From contig OZ038379.1 in NCBI GenBank assembly GCA_964036045.1, positions 6,758,001 to 6,822,000 of the forward strand: a stretch of 64,000 nt of DNA, read 5' to 3'. Positions 60,481 through 64,000 of the stretch are shown here, one piece after another. The position numbers were made by a program, and so were the translations under genes. Within the stretch, counting starts at the first letter, position 1, and each line of letters starts with the position of its first letter. The DNA is from Eutreptiella sp. 'Long Island Sound 2002' (Eukaryota; Protista; Euglenida). Under the pieces are notes generated by a model. It ran no database searches. It worked only from the letters and a program-made list of their open reading frames with translations, and was not told the origin of the DNA.

Positions 60481-61085
60481 GTCGCCTCCCTGTCGCCTCC
60501 CTGTCGCTGTTTCGGCACTTTCAGCCCCCTGTCGCTCCCCTGTCGCTTACCTGTCGCTTCCCTGTCGCTGTCCTGCCGCTCCCCTGTCGCTCCCCTGTCG
60601 CTTCCCTGTCGCTTTCCAGCCGCCCTCCTGTCGCTATCCTGTCGCTTCCTGTCGCTTCCTGTCATTTCCTGTCGCCTTGCTACTTTTTGCCTGGCGCCTT
60701 CCTGTCGCTCTCCTGTCGCTCTCCTGTCGTTCCCTCCTGTCGCTCTCCTGTCGCTATTTCCTGTTGCCTCCCTGTCGCCCTCCTGTCGCTTGCCTGTCGT
60801 CTTCCTGCCGCCTCCCTGTCGCCTCCCTGTCGCCTCCCTGTCGCCTCCCTGTCGCCCAACGTGGTAACCTGTCGCTCTCCTGTCGCTTGCCTGTCGCTTG
60901 CCTGTCGCTTGCCTGTCGTCTTCCTGCCGCCTCCCTGTCGCCTCCCTGTCGCCTCCCTGTCGCCTCCCTGTCGCCCAACGTGGTAACCTGTCGCTCTCCT
61001 GTCGCTTGCATGTCGCTTGCCTGTCGCTTGCCTGTCGCCTTCCCGTCGCCTCCTTGTCGCCTCCCTGTCGCCTCCCTGTCGCCCA
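60478..61085. repeat. Array of 10-11-bp units built on CTGTCGC, with a higher-order duplication of about 120 bp
   Basis: cctgtcgcctc / cctgtcgcttg units; the marker cccaacgtggtaacctgtcgc recurs at about 60855 and 60975. Confidence 0.92.
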
Positions 61086-61294
61086 ATGTGTTACCCTATC
61101 GATGGAAAGCCATAGATACCTCAAACAGGCAGTTCGATAGTACTAAAAATGTTCTTTATTCATGCCAAATTGTGAGATCTCGCCTTAGCAAACCTCCCCA
61201 AAGGTGTGCAAAGCAATGATGCAAATCGTAGATCGATGGTTCAATCATTTGCATTGTTTGACAATCCGAAATTCCTAACACTCTTGGTGATCTA

Positions 61295-61720
61295 CTATGC
61301 ACATTTGCATGGCCGCTCAGCTGTAGGCTCGCAACCATTTTGCAAATCAAACTGAATCTGACAATTATGTAGTACACACGCCGCCAAGAAGAAGTAGGTC
61401 AACTCATTACATTCGTACGATCCACCTCGGCTCTTAACTCCATGAAAAAGACCAAACTTCTTGATGTTGGAGAATGCGTTCTCAATAGCAATGCGCTCCT
61501 GAGGTGCAACGATGAAAGGGCAATGTACTACACGAATCAAACGTACATTTATTTGGCTTTGGGCTTTTGCGTACTAGTACTTGCGTCCAAGAAATAGGAC
61601 GAAAACTTGATGTTCCAAGCCGGGGTGTCGTACTTCGTGTACTTTTTCAACACCTCTTCCCGTAGCTTCTTGACAGCAGCCAATCGGCCGTATTCATCCC
61701 GCAATACTTTGCCCAAAAGA
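61295..61720 (-). mobile_element. PIF/Harbinger-type transposase C-terminal fragment
   Basis: WNIKFSS, then after a probable intron (CAG acceptor at 61499-61501) ERIAIENAFSNIKK...FFLAACVLHN, matching FN..HS..RxxIExAF..LK and ACxxLHN of the DDE_Tnp_4 family. Confidence 0.6.
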
Positions 61721-61976
61721 AAGTTTCGATATGCAGCACTCCTGCGATGAATTATTTCCGGATTTCCCGATATCGATTACTTCGTGTGAAAATGCAACTT
61801 ATGTTCGACAGCACATCTAGCAAATAAATTTTCAATCGGAGAAAAAATTGGCATGCCTTCCGAATAACAAAATTTACCTGAGTAGTTGTTCTGTGCAGGC
61901 CGCGCACGCGACTCGAGTACCGTTACTTTTGGTTCACTACCACGTGTAAATCACCGTTCAGCATCTTTGTTTTTCA

Positions 61977-62010
61977 ATATATATATCTATATATATATAT
62001 ACATATATAT
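61977..62010. repeat. (TA)n microsatellite
   Basis: Seen directly. Confidence 0.85.
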
Positions 62011-63683
62011 CTTTTTATTATTAGTATTTATGTACATTTTTGTGTTGTTCGTCATGGTAATTAATTGGCCATGAATTGGGAATTTAGCATGCATGGCTTC
62101 ATGCATGGGCGTGACACATTCTTTGGCATCTTCACACAACTTGACACATGTGGATGCGCCAAGTGGCGGTTGCTGACACGCAATTTCAACCCATTTTGAG
62201 GAAAATGTCAACATTAGACAACGGGAATGCATTTGTTTATTATTTAGTCGTGTTGACACTGCAAATTGAGTTGACCAATATGCCGCAAACATGCAGATCA
62301 AGACCCGCCTTTCAAGTATTACACCTTCTCTTCGGGGACTAGGCGATGTGATCCCCCCTGGATTAGAGTGGTGGAACCCTCCCAATGGACCGGATCACAG
62401 ATTGGACATGGATATGACCCCCCACCCTCCTAACCCCCCCAAAATGGATTAGAGAAAAAAATCCAACAAAGACCGTACGCGCGTGTACTGCCATGGAAGC
62501 CCCAACCACCAAGTCTTCCTGAACTTTCCAACGTAGAGCCACGATGGGAGGCCACAAAGAGACAGGCACATGGCAAAGCAAATACATCCTTGACCATGCT
62601 AAATTTGAAAATTCCAAATTAGGTGCCCAAAGATGAACTTGCCAAGCAGCATTGGGCAGATCACTCATGAGTCATGCTATCTTTGGGGGTCTTGAAGATG
62701 ATGCGAGCACTACAAAGAACAACAAAGTTCTCGATCCATAAAGCAAAACTGAAGCAAGTTCCTAATGGACAACAAATGCTTGGTTTGCAACATTGCACAC
62801 GTGTACACACACCACACACATGCACACACAACACAACAACGGTGAACGAGAGCCAAGGAGCCATGGACACCGCACACACCCCCACACAACACACGCACGG
62901 CGCACCGCAACAAACAATCACCAAAGTTCTTGATGCACAATAAAGTTCCTCATTCATAAATGCAAAATTAATGACATGAAGACACGTTACCACGAAGCAC
63001 ACAAACTAATTGCCCAATGAAAGTTCTTGATTCTTCCAAAAAAAAACATAGCTACTATCCACACATCATCCACATCATCAACTTGCCACAATCCAAAATG
63101 CATCAAACGAGATTGGAGGGCTAGATTGGATTGATTGGAGGGCTAGCAGATAGCACAAAAGCAAAAGACAGTGCACATTGGACCAGGCGAAAAAAATTAG
63201 ACACTCAAAAAAGACAAGCGTGCACGCCCATAAAAATGGATCAGGGTGTTGACCCCCCCCCCCCCCACTCCCCAAGGACCAGATCATGAATCGGGATTCC
63301 CCCCCCACCCATTCGACTCCCCTTCAAAATATCCTTCAACCATCTTTGCTACCACCCAAGAAATGATGCCCTCTGCCACATCTCCACGGAAAACCTTTTG
63401 TACCTTTTGTACCTTTTGTTGTTGCACGTCGGAAGACGTGTTGGCAAGGGTTTGGATTGTACTTGCCTATTCCTATAACCTTCTACAGATTACACGGTGG
63501 GGGGCGGCAAACCGGGGCATGTTTATTTTGTTTATTTTGGTTGATTGGCTGGTGGTTGGTGGTTGGTATACATGACCAGTTCGCTTGCCTTTCATCGTGT
63601 TGCACGCGACGTTTTGTCAATACCTTCACACTTTCATCAAGATTTTGTGCCATGGGGTCGTGCGGATCCACTTCGTAGACCAG

Positions 63684-64000
63684 ATGGTTCATGGGCGTGC
63701 GGCATGGGTACTCTTGACGTGGTTGTTCGTGAGCGCCTCGGCAAGCCCATTCCGATACGCCACGATCAGTTACCAACGCGTGAAGGAGCCGGGGCACACT
63801 TCTTGGCAAACCTCGAACACGATCGAATTCTCGTCGACCTTTGCTTTTAATGCCTCGGAATTCGGGGAGGAAGACTTTGCGCCTGGGGACCCCTTTTCAT
63901 ACGGTGACCTTGTCATGCACTTCGGCGACGCGCAGTCAACCGCTTTTTCCAACGAAACTTGCGTCGTTACGTTGCACGATGACGTGGAGGACGTGGTCAT
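63684..64000 (+). CDS. 5' end of a putative secreted protein (open to the window edge, absent from the ORF track)
   Basis: MVHGRAAWVLLTWLFVSASASPFRYATISYQRVKEPGHTSWQTSNTIEFSSTFAFNASEFGEEDFAPGDPFSYGDLVMHFGDAQST...; signal-peptide-like N-terminus and 105 codons with no stop. Confidence 0.6.
   Translation, partial: MVHGRAAWVLLTWLFVSASASPFRYATISYQRVKEPGHTSWQTSNTIEFSSTFAFNASEFGEEDFAPGDPFSYGDLVMHFGDAQSTAFSNETCVVTLHDDVEDVV

Noticed and set aside
60438-61219. Several 100-256 aa ORFs on both strands
   Set aside because: They are translations of the CTGTCGC tandem array, with no protein-like complexity.
61820-61880. YSEGMPIFSPIENLFA as an IS630/Tc1 motif
   Set aside because: Single short motif in a stop-ridden frame; the neighbouring motifs fit Harbinger better.

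Overview
This is repeat-dense eukaryotic DNA with GT-AG spliceosomal introns, many decayed coding remnants, and mini- and microsatellites. The best guess is a euglenozoan, possibly a euglenid alga; this is inferred from a PFOR/PNO-type oxidoreductase, a bacterial-type FKBP with a targeting-like leader, a VIPER/TATE-order retroelement and TTAGGG tracts. Most short ORFs in the supplied track are artefacts. Well-supported elements: (1) a hAT DNA transposon at 6218-9555 with 14-bp TIRs and a perfect 8-bp TSD, whose transposase appears to carry an unusual N-terminal HTH-like plus Cys-rich extension; (2) a 3-exon gene for a bacterial FklB/Mip-type FKBP prolyl isomerase (11361-14321); (3) a minus-strand, intron-split gene joining BRCT domains to a minimal ATP-dependent DNA ligase (about 26.9-34.3 kb), lying between duplicated, decayed exons of a pyruvate:ferredoxin oxidoreductase gene (24.7-36.8 kb); (4) a near-intact 5.3-kb tyrosine-recombinase retrotransposon (41707-46998) with gag-like, YR and RT-RNase H ORFs and split direct repeats A1..B1-A2..B2. 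That element sits in one arm of a 1.3-kb inverted repeat, so the empty target site survives in the other arm and shows integration through a shared CT dinucleotide with no TSD; (5) a Harbinger transposase fragment and a secreted-protein-like ORF running off the right end. No tRNA, rRNA or CRISPR array was recognised. All protein-family calls come from motif recognition by eye, not database searches.
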